A stretch of DNA of 64,000 bases. It comes from Pecten maximus. Its lineage: Eukaryota. Shown here one piece after another: positions 36,147 through 49,800 of this stretch (the first letter of the stretch is position 1; the number at the start of each line of letters is the position of its first letter). The DNA is taken from NCBI RefSeq assembly GCF_902652985.1, contig NC_047024.1, positions 4,588,001 through 4,652,000 of the forward strand, in the 5' to 3' direction. The position numbers and the translations under genes are program-made. The notes below the pieces were generated by a model. The model saw only the letters and a program-made list of their open reading frames with translations. It was not told where the DNA came from and searched no databases.

Positions 36147-37409
36147 TTTGTAGGTTCTCGATTTCACAGTGTGAACGTCCTAAAAAACAAACTTTCTTAT
36201 GAGTGCATGAAGTGTATCAACTACATTAATTAATTTTGTGGTTTCATAACCAGCATGAGAACATCCATGTACTACATATATACACAACAAACACCCCATG
36301 TTATTCAGTTTATTTGGTACTTTCATTGAAAATACTACCTAATGCTTGGTAAATCAACAATTAATTTGTCGATACATTCATTTATGCTTGTCAAGTACCT
36401 GCTATTTTCACTTTCAATATATTGTAAACGATGACAACTTATAGGAATAGATGATTATGTAGACAGATGTTTCTGGGCTAGTATAATTGTTATATTATTA
36501 GAAATTCTATTGACCAATAGGATTCATATTAATGACTTGTTACCATAGTAACTAGTATACAGTAAAAGTACTTTCATACTAAATAAAGATTTATCACCAA
36601 GGGCTCAAGAAATTAAAAACATTTTCTGTTAAATGTGCTATTAAAAATAACTCCACAAATGAATAAAAGCAGATTTAAAGGTTACAGATATCAATAATCC
36701 TTTAAAAATAGCTGATAAATCATATAAATGTGTATATAATTAATATTTGACTTAAATTTATTTAATGACTGCCATATGGAGTATCCATATCAGCTGTTGT
36801 CCCTCAATGTGTCATGTAGTTAAACTGATAAACTATGAAGACCCTACATTCATGACATGTAGACAAGTTCCTTTGTCTATACAGAATTTATTTTTAAACC
36901 ATATTACTGAGGAAAGAGAACACAGACAGATAATAACCACCATAGTTAACTATATACAACCTAAATTATACTCCTTGAAGACCAATCACAGCATATGTAT
37001 AATGCAAGTCTAGAGTACTTCAAGGACAAGCCACAGCACTATTTTTGCATCCATTTGAGACTGGCTTACATTATCTTATCGTAAGCAGTTGTTTATGACA
37101 TATCCTACAATTATTAAATGGAATAGTCTAAGTTCAGTCAACCATTCTTAGTTGGTGTATAAATGGAAGACTACTGCATTAATTGTTCTTCCAATCCTCC
37201 TTATAAGTATGCTAATGCATTTAAATGGAATAGTCCTAAGAGTTGATGTACCCTCATTATTTAAATGGAATAGTACTAATACACTGATTTTAAAAGAGCT
37301 GTGCCCATATCCCTTCACCACTTTAGCAATGTCCAGGAGAAGACAGGTCAAACTTATGATTAATCTATGTTTTATTATAATAGTTCTTTAATTCCATAAG
37401 GTACACTGG

Positions 37410-40400
37410 TCAACTTTCGTCTGAGCTACTGTCATCTGCAAACTCCTTGTCAAAATCCTCCTTTGATATCTGAAACAAAAACAGATTTATCATATACATG
37501 TATATATCATATTGAGCATGCTACAATTTCATAATCATGGAAAGTTCTACTAAGTCATACCCCTTAAAGCTGACAGTGCAAGTTAAAAAGCATCCAATTG
37601 AAATTAAAAAAAAATAATACATGTACAGATTTCCAAAAATCGTTTCCGAGACAATCCCCAGTTATGGTAGTGTCGTATCTAAGGACGGGCAGACATTTTT
37701 CTTTTTTGTTATGCGTGGATACAACCAAGCCGCCGCTGCTATAAAAAGAATGTGCTTCGTCACACTCGCATTCACTCTAACCTCAGTTGTTCACGGTGAC
37801 ACACCTGTATATCTGTACACCACGTGACCTACAACTGTATTCGCGAACGACACCAAACAGAAGCACTTACCTGTAACTTGAACAGAAAGATGGTCAGTGT
37901 CTCTCAATTATCTTTCAACTCTTGTTGAAAATAAAGTCTCCAAACAAATGCTTGAAAATGCATAACAAATTAATCCCAAATACTCTATCCATCTTCTCAC
38001 GTGTTTTTCGTGGGTGCAGCCATTTTCATAACAAGTAAACAGTCCGAGGAGTTCCGATTTTTACTCGTATCCTACACAAGCACTCCTCGGATGTTTTCCT
38101 ATTGTCTACACTACACTAGGGCTGTTGTGCGGTTTTATCACGCTTTAATTGCGTTATGACACGTGCACAAATAATACGAAGACACGGAAAATATTTCGAT
38201 GGAAACTATGGATATAATGATGTAACAGTTGTAAAGTTGTTCTTGCTGCATATCCCACTGGAAAGACTCAGGTAGGAATTTACTCATATTTACTCTGTTT
38301 ATAATTTCATTAGGTACATGTTTTGTTGGGGCCCAAATAGTTTGTGTTGTCGATACTTTCTTTTATTGTAAAATAGAATATATATGTATATATATAAAGT
38401 TACCTCTTCAAATTCCATATTCAAGTTCCGTAATGTGAACAAAAACTCATTTGCGTTTGTATTGAGAACGTATACTATGTATAATGGAGAGATGTGTCGT
38501 TATGCGCATGTATCGATAGACTGATACTTGTCTCAATGAACGCACGCGCTTTTATAGCGGCTCGTATCCACGCATAACAAAAAACGACAGCCGGAAACTA
38601 ATAATAGGCTCTGTTTACACCGTTACGGGTGATCGGTCACACTCGGTCAATCTAGACGAGGCCAGCAAATTTTACCTGAGACAGCATGACACCTCGATGT
38701 TCGACACAAAAATGGAAATTTTGGTATAGTTTAGAAGGGAGGGACCACAAAATATATTCGACACAACCGCAGTATTCGATTCAACAGTGTTCGAGTCATC
38801 CGTGCTTAATTTACTAAGATAAAGAAGGGAAAAAATCGGGACCGAACGAAACGTTCGACTCATCCGATGTATTCGATTCAACCTTGTTCGACACAAGTGA
38901 GTTTTACTAGTACTGTATATCATCATTATCAGACCCAAAAAGAACATTAACGCAAAAAGTTCGGACACCAACACAACATTATCTGACTGTAGACCATTGA
39001 ATAAACTCGTCTCAAAACTTTAAACCATTAACTGTTGAGACATTATACCATAAGGCACGTGTCATAATTAGATAGGTGTATAAAACAAAGCAGCCAACTA
39101 AACATTAAAGCAATCCTCTTCAGAGGAAACATTTGATGATCCAGTGATATATAAACTTTAACCCAGGGATTATTTTTGGTTATCAAATGGATGGGTCATT
39201 TTCAAGAAAAAGAACTACCCCAATATCTGTAATATAATTTATGGGCTATTTATAGAAATTTTCTGAATCATGTGGGTCATTCAGGTAAATTGTGGACCAA
39301 TGGCCCCCTCCAAAATGATCCCTGCTGAACCCTTTCAGAATGGATAAAAAGTATGCTAAGTTAGATCGTAATCCTTGAGGGTGTGATTTTCTCTGTATCA
39401 TGTTCTACTTGGATTGACAAACAGCTGGTAGTCTTTACTTCACCAATGCAGTATATTAATGTATAACAGTGGTATTAATTTAGCCTAACACCAGATGGAG
39501 GGCTGATCAAATCACTTTTTGTCTGTAAACAATTCTTGTTACTGCATGCTCTTTCTCAGAAAATACTGGACAGATCTCAAACTGCACACAAACTCGCCTT
39601 GATGCCTGGACATGAAGCATCACTTTAGAGACCAACAGATGGCAAACTTAGGTCACAAGGTCAAAGATATAAGTGAAAGCTTTTTGATTGGACAATATTT
39701 TGTTCTGACAGTATGAAGTGAATCAAATGCGGAATTGTGTGGCTAAAGGTAAAGATCACCAAATCAAATGGTTGAGGCATTCCTAAATGATCATATTCCC
39801 TGATTTATCCATTTGACCACAAATGGTGGGTATCAATACCCCCCCCCCCCAATATTGTTTTTCGTACCTTTCCCTTTTTTAATTTCTTCATTAACTTCAA
39901 ATCTTTGTCAATATCATCAATGTCTTCCTCAGCTATTTCCTGTTTGCGTTTGCCCAATTTTTCCTTGCGTTTCCTTTTCTTGTCCTGGCGATCTTTGTGT
40001 TGAGACCAGGACTTGGTCTGTAGAGGTTTTTTCATCTTTCCCTTTTTCACGATTTCTCCACTTTTCAGCTGCTCCTGTCTTACTTTCTCTTTGACTTTGT
40101 CTCTGAGGTTAAAGCATGTGATGAGTTTAGTACATTTTATGTGAATTATTTAACTCATGAGTAATTTTCATTGCATCTTAAATAACTAATTTTCAATTAA
40201 CCTCATTATTGGCTTATAAACATTATTCTAAAATGTTGACCTAAGACTTTTGTTGATCATGTTAATGAGAACTTATGACCAGATGTTAATGTGGCTTTGC
40301 ATTAAATGACAAGATGGTTTGCTGTACATTTGTTTTAATCCTTGCCAATAACAAACCCAATATTGTACTATTCATGTATTTTAACACTCTGAAATAATCA

Positions 40401-43400
40401 ACTAGACCCTACCAAGTACTCTCTACGGAAACTCCATAGTTACAGAATAATCACCAGTAATTACTACCCTACAGATGCTCTCACTCTCTAAGTTCCTCAA
40501 GGTTACTGAATGCTCTCTGCTATAACAGGACAATCTAAATATTTCCCAAGGTAACAGAATAATTACCATAGTAACAATTGATTTAGGATATAACACTTGA
40601 GGTTAAACAAATGTTCCTGACTAACAATAATCTCTGTGGTAACCAAATAATCACCATCGTAACTATAAATATTTAAAGTTGACTAAATACAAGGCGACAG
40701 CTACTAACTTGTAAGGTATTGTGCTCCAGTCTACATCAGGGGGAATGAAGTTTGCCAGCACTTTTCCTTTCAATTCTGGCATCTTAGGGACACGTACCAG
40801 TCCAAACCCTGTTGCTAGTCTACCAAAGTCTAAGTCCTTTACTCTGAAGATCATACTACATTCATGTTTTACATAGGACTGTACATACGACACATAGGCC
40901 TTGGCTGCCTTGTCCATTATGGCACGATCTTTGATAGACATTTTCTGTAGTTTTGGCAGGTGATTCTGAACATTGTCTGCTTTTTCTGTCATCTTTAAAG
41001 GTGCTTTCTGATTGATTTCAATGAATTTCACATAAGCATCTTCAGTTGGTAATAAAAATACAAGTGCAGTCCCTTTGTTGCCAATTCTCGCCGTGCGTCC
41101 ACATCTATGGATGAAGGAGTTTGCGGAGCTGGGCGGATCGTACTGGACAACCCAATCAACTTCTGGGATGTCTACTCCCCTTGCCATTACATCTGTACAC
41201 AGTAACACACCACTTTCCATTGTTCGGAATCTTGAGAATATCTTGTTCCTCTTTTTCTTCATTTTACCATGTATAGAAAGAATCTAGGAAATAAACATTT
41301 GTCATTATAAAACATTTGAAAAGATACATATGTATTTACAATGAATTTAATGAAATATCTAGATCTTGACACTTTCATTTTACAACAACTCAATTTTTAA
41401 ACATGTTTTTGATATGTCTAAGATAATTGTTATTGTTCACAGTTTTAAGATGAGAATTTCCAGGTGCCCCAATAGGCCTTAATAACTCTATTCATCCGCG
41501 GCTTACGGTATACTTCGTTCAAAGATCAAGTCATTTATCATGATCATAACAATAGGACTAGCCTATTCAGAAGAATTGTCCTTCATTCCAATAAGCCTAT
41601 ACTACCAGTTAGTATGATTTTCAGTTACTCACTTAACAAATCTGACATACCAATATATCTTGACCTTGCATATGGGTCATATAAGTCACTCATTCATTAT
41701 CATTTGCAAAATTTGTTTGACAGTATGGCTGAAATCAGCTGCACACACTCACCTGGGACTTTTTCAGGATATGTTGTATGGCTTGAGAAAAATAGTCAAC
41801 ACCAGCACACGTACTGAAAAACACCAGTATTTTGATCTCCTTGTTAATGTGCAAGAAATGAATGAGTTGGTTAAATTTCTCATCACTGTCCATGATCATG
41901 TATTGGTTTTCTAGAGATGCGGGTGTCCTCCTTACTGCACTTGTGTCAGAGCTGTCCCTTTTTTCCTTTACATTAATCCGAACTGGATTTCTCATCCCAG
42001 CTCGGATGAGTTTTTCTACCTCATCTGTCTGGGTAGCAGAAAATAATCCTGTGCGGCGTTGTTTTGGTAGAAAACTCAGGATTGTATTAATGCTAGCTTC
42101 AAAACCCATTTCTAAAAGACGGTCGGCTTCATCCAACACAAGAATTTCTAGAGATTTCACACTTGCTGCAAGGTTACATCCATCCCACTTTTTCTCTAAT
42201 AATGACTCAAAGCGCCCAGGAGTAGCAACCACAATATGACCTGAAACACATAAAATCTGGAATAACACCACATGTACCCTTTATATTTTTAATCTATCAC
42301 ACAAATACATATAACTTATCATAAGCACATGGGTCAAGGTCATTACTTTTTGCAAACCTTGTTTGGCTTCATCCAATAGAATTACTGGTTCAATATTAAG
42401 ACCTCTTGGTTGTCAAGAGGAAGTTGTTTGAAAGAAAGAGAAGATTTATATACCCGACACACATTCTGACAGGTGAGCTAATAATCAATCAACTTACTTA
42501 TGTGTAGTATGACTTACATTTACACTAGCTTATTTTTGAACCACTTAAATTTCTATTTCAAATTGATGATTCTGCAAAATTGATGATTCTGCAAAATTGA
42601 TGGGGACTTGTATTAAAACTAAACACACATACAAATAATAACTTACCATCTTTATTTGAAGATAAAGTAAATACTTCATTCTTGTTGATAAATAACTTTT
42701 GTTCAGAACAGAAAGCTAGTAAAAGACATTGTAAATCAATTATTAGGTCAAAGAAAACGATGTCTGATATGATCTGGGAAATCACCTGTTTCTATAAATA
42801 GAACACAAGAGTTCCATTTGAACATAAATGGTGGAACACACGTTCTCTGGTCTAAAGATCAGCTGGCATGGTTTACAAGTTTACAGGAGTATTCAAGTGA
42901 TGTTTAAGCTTAATATATGATAATGAATAGATATCTTCATCTGGAATATTTTTATGACTGAATATTTTACCGTTTCCACAACCTTGGGTATTCTGCTATA
43001 AGGTACAGTCTGTTTCATATAACTTCAGAATAACTAATCTTAATAAGGGCGCCCCCACTGTCAATTACCCGCGCCCTGCGCCCTTATTAGGTCAAATACG
43101 GTATTTGTTGACGAGGGCTTTTTCGCAGATAATATGCTGTTTTAACAAGCATACTGGTTTTTGCTTAAGCAATACATGTCCCTTATGTTACTGGCCCAGC
43201 TTAAAATAATAAAAGTGATGCAATCGAGTAAATGGACCTTGACCCAAAATCCCTAAAACTTGAACTTGTCGGAGATATTACGGTCATCATCATTGTGTGA
43301 AGTTTGATAAAAATCCCTCATCGAGATGAGAATGAAAGTGTTGCATAATCATGTTGATACAATTCAAGACAACTGGAGAGGAAATTAAATCCTTATAGCG

Positions 43401-45101
43401 ACCCCCCCCCCCCCCCCCCCCCTCCCCTCCCCAGTGTGACCAGTAGGAGACAATTACCATTTAGTTACATCATACAGACATAGTAACGACTTGGTATGTT
43501 GAAATTACTATTATCTATCATAAAAATCATCACAATAATGACTTGCCTGGTATCTTTACAATAATGATACATCTTTATAATGATATATTATGTCAAAAAC
43601 ATTGTTGTCAAATCTGTTATAGAAACTTATCTAAGAACTAAAGTCTATTTGTAAAAGTAACTTAAAAATGTAGTTTTTCACAATAATGACTTATCTATGA
43701 CCTACACATGTAGAGTGTACGGTCACTTACTATAAAGAGGCTGCTGGTCTTTCGATTTGTCATTTGACATTATCATGCATATGCGATGGTCATAAGTTTC
43801 TAGCTTACTAGCTAAGTTAGTGTTCCTTTTAGCCTTGTTGAAAGATACACAACGGCATAGAGAAAAAGAGGCCGTTTGTTTGAGCCCCACCATTGACAAT
43901 TTGACGGGGTATTTTTTATTACTCCTTCCTATTACACTTGTTTGTTTTATTAGCTCAATAGAGTATTGTTTTGAAATGTATCAACGTCAAGTAACAACTT
44001 ACCCATGCTAATAAAATAATGGCTTAGCCATTAGCTATTGCAAATGTTCAGGGATTGACACTAACAGTAGCCCGGCAGCCCTGGGCTGCCTGGAATTTGG
44101 TCGGGCTCCTAGAATGTCCAGACCAGCAGCCCTGTAGGCTGCCAACATTTCCAATCAAATTTATAATGTCCAGCTAAAGTTTTCTTCATTTACTTCAAAA
44201 ATATTATTTTCAAAACTTTTTTCATGATTGAACCGATGCGTAAGATCTAATATTTTTATACTCAGAATGAACTAGAATGCAGGAAACTGCATCTAGAATA
44301 TTCATTTTTTCCGCTGTGTGGGGTAAGGGCTGGAGGCCTAGGGACATTATGCCCCCTAGGCCTATAAATCCCCCAAGAGGGACATCACCTTTGGCAGCCT
44401 CATTCCAAAACCTGACAGCCCGGCGGTCTGTTAAGGCACAGGGGCATGTCTAATTTTATATAAAAAAATAGCCAGAAATACCTATATATATATTGACATA
44501 TATAGGTATTTCTGCCTATTTTTTTTAATATAAAACTAGACATGTCCCTGTGGTCAAGGTGATTAAATGAATTAAAGTCAATATCATAACAATTTCATGT
44601 AACTCCTTTAGGCTTAGCTTCTGTTATATTACTCCCATTTCAATTGTATTTTTCTGATTTAATTAGGTTAAGAAATTATAATATACATTTTGTAATCTCA
44701 CCTCCATTTAATTTGAACTTATTTATATCATCCTGTGGTTTTTCGCCTCCAATAAACAATATAGAAGCGACGCCATCATGATTTTCAAGAAAATGGTCAA
44801 TGACCTCTTTGATTTGGAATGCTAATTCTCTTGTAGGAGTTAGAATGATAGAAAATATCTCGTGTTTCTTCAGTTTCCCTGTTTCTCTCACTTGCTTGTC
44901 AAGCTTTTCAAGTATAGGAATAAGGAAAGCTAAAGTTTTGCCACTTCCAGTCACTGCCTCAGCTGCCACGTCCTTGTTGCCAATAAATAATGGTATGCAT
45001 GCCACTTGAACAGGAGTTGCTTTCACAAATTTCAACTTATCTAGTGTTTTAAAAGTAGAATCACAAAGTGTGACTGGCAACTCTTCCCACGTGGGTTCCA
45101 T
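37410..45101 (-). CDS. DDX55: ATP-dependent DEAD-box RNA helicase DDX55 (Spb4 orthologue), about 585 aa; exons 45101-44702, 42240-41753, 41283-40709, 40102-39868, 37469-37410
   Basis: Q motif ATPVQ, AVTGSGKTLAF, PTRELA, ATPGR, DEAD, QRRTGLFSAT, TDVMARGVDIP, QYDPP, HRCGRTARIG, DUF4217-like C-terminal extension (YVKHECSMIFRVKDLDFGRLATGFGL..PKMPEL) and Lys-rich tail; phases consistent. Confidence 0.95.
37702..38584. mobile_element. MITE-like element with 21-bp perfect terminal or subterminal inverted repeats in DDX55 intron 4
   Basis: TTTTTTGTTATGCGTGGATAC (37702-37722) is the reverse complement of 38564-38584; further inverted GCTATAAAA/TTTTATAGC lies inside; no ORF. Confidence 0.65.
39164..39324. 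mobile_element. Small hAT-like MITE remnant
   Basis: Termini CAGGGATTATTTT / AAAATGATCCCTG (12 of 13 inverted match); target-site duplication not clean. Confidence 0.4.
43145..43456 (+). mobile_element. Degraded HINE-like element related to the 19963 copy
   Basis: 5' AACAAGCATACTGG...TTGCTTAAGCAATACATGTCCC resembles 19963-20004; the 3' end TATAG...CCAGTAGGAGACAA resembles 20551-20583. Confidence 0.5.
44049..44400 (+). mobile_element. Partial copy of the CAGGG-terminated non-autonomous DNA transposon also found at 51196-52560 (opposite orientation, lacking the nested insert)
   Basis: CAGGGATTGACACTAACAGTAGCCCGGCAGCC...AATGTCCAGACCAGCAGCCCTG...TATAATGTCCAGCTAAA matches the reverse complement of 52560-52456 joined to 51402-51345. 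Confidence 0.75.
44437..44552. mobile_element. 116-bp near-perfect palindrome (foldback MITE-like)
   Basis: Arms CACAGGGGCATGTCTAATTTTATAT...AGAAATACCTATATAT / ATATATAGGTATTTCT...ATATAAAACTAGACATGTCCCTGTG; flanks GTTAAGG / GTCAAGG may be a 7-bp target duplication. Confidence 0.7.
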
Positions 45102-45339
45102 GTTTGTTATTGCTAACGGATCGGTAAATATTACGGATTGTAATATTGTTATGGAAATAATATTGATAAAGTAAGTATTCATTAATATTTATGAATCAAT
45201 TTATACGGAAGACATAAAAATAACCTGTACATGAATTATTGTCACCAAATCATTAATATTTAGCATTTCAATATATTTTTTTATTGATTTTTGTTATCAA
45301 ATATATTCTGTAAGATTATTTCAATTTTGAGACTACATT

Positions 45340-45465
45340 TTTATTACCTCCAAAATGAAGAGTTCGGCTTTGTTTTGCGGCTTCAGCTGCATCGCTGCTG
45401 ATTATTTAGCCTAACAATCCATGCAGTGAAAGGCATTTGGAAATTGTGAAGAAGTTCTGCGTAAG
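45340..45465. promoter_or_regulatory. Probable bidirectional promoter / leader exons of DDX55 (-) and SETDB1 (+)
   Basis: Divergent genes; minus-strand donor GGAG|GTAATA near 45346 and plus-strand donor TGC|GTAAGT near 45460 flank a short CpG-containing segment. Confidence 0.45.
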
Positions 45466-46825
45466 TTAAATAACTGCGTTTTAACTATCAGATAATTATT
45501 AGCGAAAACTTATCGTTTCTTCACTTGCATGTTTGCACCGACAAGGCACGCTTTGTTGAGAATTTCAGACTATTGACTAATTGAGTTGTGATGTTCACAT
45601 TTGGTGTTCAAACTTAAGACAATAAATCGTGTTTTCAGTGTCAAACCACAAATTTTGTCACAGAAAAAAAGCCTTACATACATATTTTGAAAGATTAATG
45701 TGTAGAGCTTTTGATGTAATCCAGTGTATTTGAAGAATTTTAAAATCGTAAGTAAGTCGAAAATCACCAGAGTAGTTTCCCTTCGACTGTTTGATCACCA
45801 TTGGATAATTTTGGACATTTTACATTCTAGGCCTATTTCATATGACTTTGAAAATAAATCTGATACTGATCCCTCAGATAAAAATTTGCCTGTGGGAATC
45901 GTAAATGATACATGATTTTCATTATATATCTATTTTATGTTATTTAAATACTGAAGTTTTTTAGAGGGACAATTTGAATTCTATTGATATCATCTTATAG
46001 TTACTCACGAAAATTGACATCTTAATTTTTTTTTCCAAAATAAGATAAAAGTCCCCTGCTATATCAGATTATTTAAGAGAAGCTCTGAATGTAATGATTG
46101 GTTATGTAAAATGTCAGGGCCAGAGGAAACTTTGGCTATTAGCTATCAAGATAAAGATATTTTAGACATACCTTATTAATGTTACACTTTATACATGTGT
46201 ACTATATAATACAGTTTCTTAATTATGAACTATGTATGCTGTGTAGATCAGTACATTAACTACATTTATTTTTCAGCTGTAAATTATTGTCAAACCCAGA
46301 AAAAACAACAGTAGAAATAAGCAACAATAGATAGGTGACAGATATACTAAATGTACAACTACATTTATAGACACGCAGTCAAACAAATTACAATGTACAT
46401 CGAGACTTATCAGCAAGTGGTACACAGTGTAAAACAATAACTCTTTTACCCTAATATGTTTATATTATGTAATTATAAATTGCATTGAAATATAAAAAAG
46501 TGAGATTTTCATCATGCAACAAAATTGATCATGTAATCATATACTAAAATAATTTATCTTCATTGATAAATGGAAATATAAGTGATGATTATTTCGGATG
46601 GAATCACCCAGAGATTAAAAGCTAGAGCACATTACCTCGAGTGCTAGTAGATGGACATTAAGGTGTTGGTTTAGTAGATAGATATTAAGGTGTTGGTTTA
46701 ATGGCATTGCTAGGTATTTTTGTATGAATATGAAAGTACTTCTACCTTGTTTAAATGGTATATAATGTAGTATTACTGTCTATGCATTGTACAGGAGTTT
46801 CTTTTATCACCATGCTGTAAGTGAA

Positions 46826-49800
46826 ATGGTTGCCCGTAAAAAGTCCAAACGGAAGTCATCATGGTTTACTTCTGGAAGTCAACAGTCTAAAAAGACAATG
46901 GAGGAGGAGAAAGAAAGTATAGCAAAAACGACAGAAGATGACGCTTGTTGTATCATCGATGACAGTGATGTCAAATTGGAGGGGGATGGTGAGTCCAAAG
47001 GACATCTGTGCTTGCACCATCTGCTTTCTATGTCATTTCCTGTCAGTGTTCAGTACCCAGACATTCATCGGAATTAGAGATTGAAGTTCTTTGTTTTTTT
47101 GCTAAGAAATATCTATATGCTGTCACTTTTGATTTCAGAGCTTAATTTCTATATTCTTGAATGGTAGTTTTAAAAAAAGGAATCTCTGAAATTACAGTTC
47201 AAGAGTGACAGGCTTTCGGGCATTTAGAAGACTATTGAGATATCATGTATGAAATCTCCCTGGGTCCTGAGACTAATTATGAAGACTGATCTGGCTGTAC
47301 CTCCTGCTGCTAGTCAAGATCCGTATGTGCGAATATTCTGTGCTTTTATTAATCTATATTGCTAGTTGCTGCCTGGTATTCTGTGAACTATGTTATTCTG
47401 TCTGCACTAAATCCTATATGTTGTAATTTGTATATAGGTATATGTTATTTATATACAGTAATACATTTTAGCTTCTATCCTATGTATATAAATTAAACAG
47501 TTTTTATGTTAAAAAAATTACACAAACAATAATGGTGCTTATAGTAATTATAGGTTCTGTATTGTTTGTAAAGTTGTGAAAACGAGATCATGGTGTTGCA
47601 TTTCAGAGGCATCAACTGTGGCCAGTTTATTGTAATAGATGTACATTATTAAGGTATATACCTAGTCAGTATTGATCCCAAATTATTGTCACCCGCGTGT
47701 TTGTCCAGTGTTTTTGGAATCGGTGACAATAAAGGCAACAATTAGTTCTACTTCCTTTATTTTATCCTTCGTTTACATCATCATTGTGCAAGCTTTATTC
47801 TTTCTGTTCTCTTCTCTGTCTCTACACCTTCTTCTCTCTCTCTCTCTCTCAATCTGACTCTCTTTTTTCAGTCTCGTCTATCCATCTAATATATACGGTA
47901 CATACAGTCTAAAGACAAAGTGTATGAAAGTATATATGAAAATTCCATAGATAATTTGTCTACAGAAAATTGAAATCCCATAGTCCAAGTCAATTTACCA
48001 TAGACCCATTTTGTAAACATATTGCCGAAAGTAGCATAACTGCGCCACACAAACACTTGCATCATCCAGTTCATACTCACTCAAATGTTTGAAGCAAATA
48101 ACATGCTGTTCTTGGTAAAAACACCTCGATTGTTAGCTCTGATTTCATATGATCATTTGTCAGAAAAATTTGGGAATGTTGTTTACATGAAATGTAATGT
48201 ATGTCAGGACTCAAACATTTCATAGCCAATCGGGACAACACTTAGAAATTTTACGTAGACCTACCAGGTTATCTATAGCCTCTGGACTATCGGACCACAT
48301 TTACTTTTGAACAATGAAGACACTACTTCTGCATTACTAAATCCTCTTTTTTTAATTGGTTAACTCTACCCTTAGGAGGCAGAACTAACCTATCTCGGCT
48401 GAAATCCTTTGATGACCTTCACATAGACATTACCACACTCTTCATTCTCTTTCACTTCCTACCACCGTGCGTGCGTGGCCTGGTCATCTCATTAAAAGCT
48501 CAATCTCTTTTAAAATATTTTTTTAAGTTGCCTTCTTCTTACTTTTCTGATCTGACACACTGTCCCTTTCCCACCTGTCATACTATCAAAATCTGTACAA
48601 ATCTATGTTGAATTGTTTATTATACAAGAATGTCTGAATGTACAAAAAATGAATAATACAGACAGATTTTATGTTGAAGACATCTCTATAGCTTTTATGA
48701 AGCATTAAAAAGAAAAAAAAAACTATTTATGCTATTAACAAACATTAGGACCCTGTTTAATGTGAAAAGGACCCCATTTATATTATACACTGAGCGCTAA
48801 CCCTGACATGCTAGATATTGTGTATCACCTGTAAAATGTACCACTTTTGTATGTCTGTCTTACAAGTATATATGATGAAGCACTGCATATTTATTACAGT
48901 ACCTATATATATCATTATATGTATCATGATAATTGACTTTTGTTTTTAACCAGATGATTTGGTCCCATTTGCACTTTGCATGATTTTTACATTACAATGA
49001 TTTTGCTTTCAGCATGCTAGAACTTAGGTATTTATTTCCGAGGATAAGAACCCCCTATCTGACTTTGATACAGGCAATCCCTATATTGACCTTGAACAAC
49101 AAAAACAAAAGACTTCATGCATAAAAAACAATATGGTACACAACTTTTGCTTATAATCTGTTGTATCTATGGATTAAAAGCTTTCAGCCAGACAATATAC
49201 ATATTAATGTAGAAGACTACAGTGTAAAATATTGTGACAAGTTGAGACTTTGTGAGCATCAACATGATGTCGGGTCCGACATTAACACACAGTGGTACGG
49301 CCGGTGGAGGTGAAGCCATGGCAAAAACATTCTGTGCAGTGCAAGGATGTGCAAATTCCTGTGGATTGATGAGGAAGAAACGAGAAGGATTTTGTGATGT
49401 GCACAAAGGCCAGCCACGTGACATTTGTCCATGTCCTATCCCAGAACCACTCTTCCCCTTTCCTATAGATGAAAACCAGCGTAGGATCTGGATGCAGAAA
49501 GTACACTTAGCTGAGGAGTTGTTAACCTCCAGACTCCGGGTAAGTGACAAGAAAATCAAAACTGCTTTATCACTAAAGTGGAAAAAAAGTGTTAACACTT
49601 TCTAAAATAGTGTGCAATTTTGTCACTGAGAGAAAATATATAAAAATACATTTTTCTTCATAGAAGTGTCCACTTATCATGCTGTAACAAGTATTGTTCT
49701 CTGAATTTTGTCGTGGATATGTTACTTCCCAATTTAATTAATTCATTAATCCCACTACAAGCTGATACGTGTTGGAGCAATAGATTAAGTTTTGTCTCTA

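Noticed and set aside
38690-38915. TTCGA-rich segment resembling one end of a Tc1/mariner MITE
   Set aside because: Only one plausible terminus seen; boundaries and TSD could not be established.
43041-43103. Short inverted repeat TAATAAGGGCGC...GCGCCCTTATTA ending AAATACGGTA
   Set aside because: Probably a transposon end remnant, but too short to classify.
47139-47322. Possible extra SETDB1 coding exon (acceptors near 47138 and 47198, donor near 47322)
   Set aside because: Stops in the frames that would join the phase-1 upstream exon; could only be non-coding or poison.
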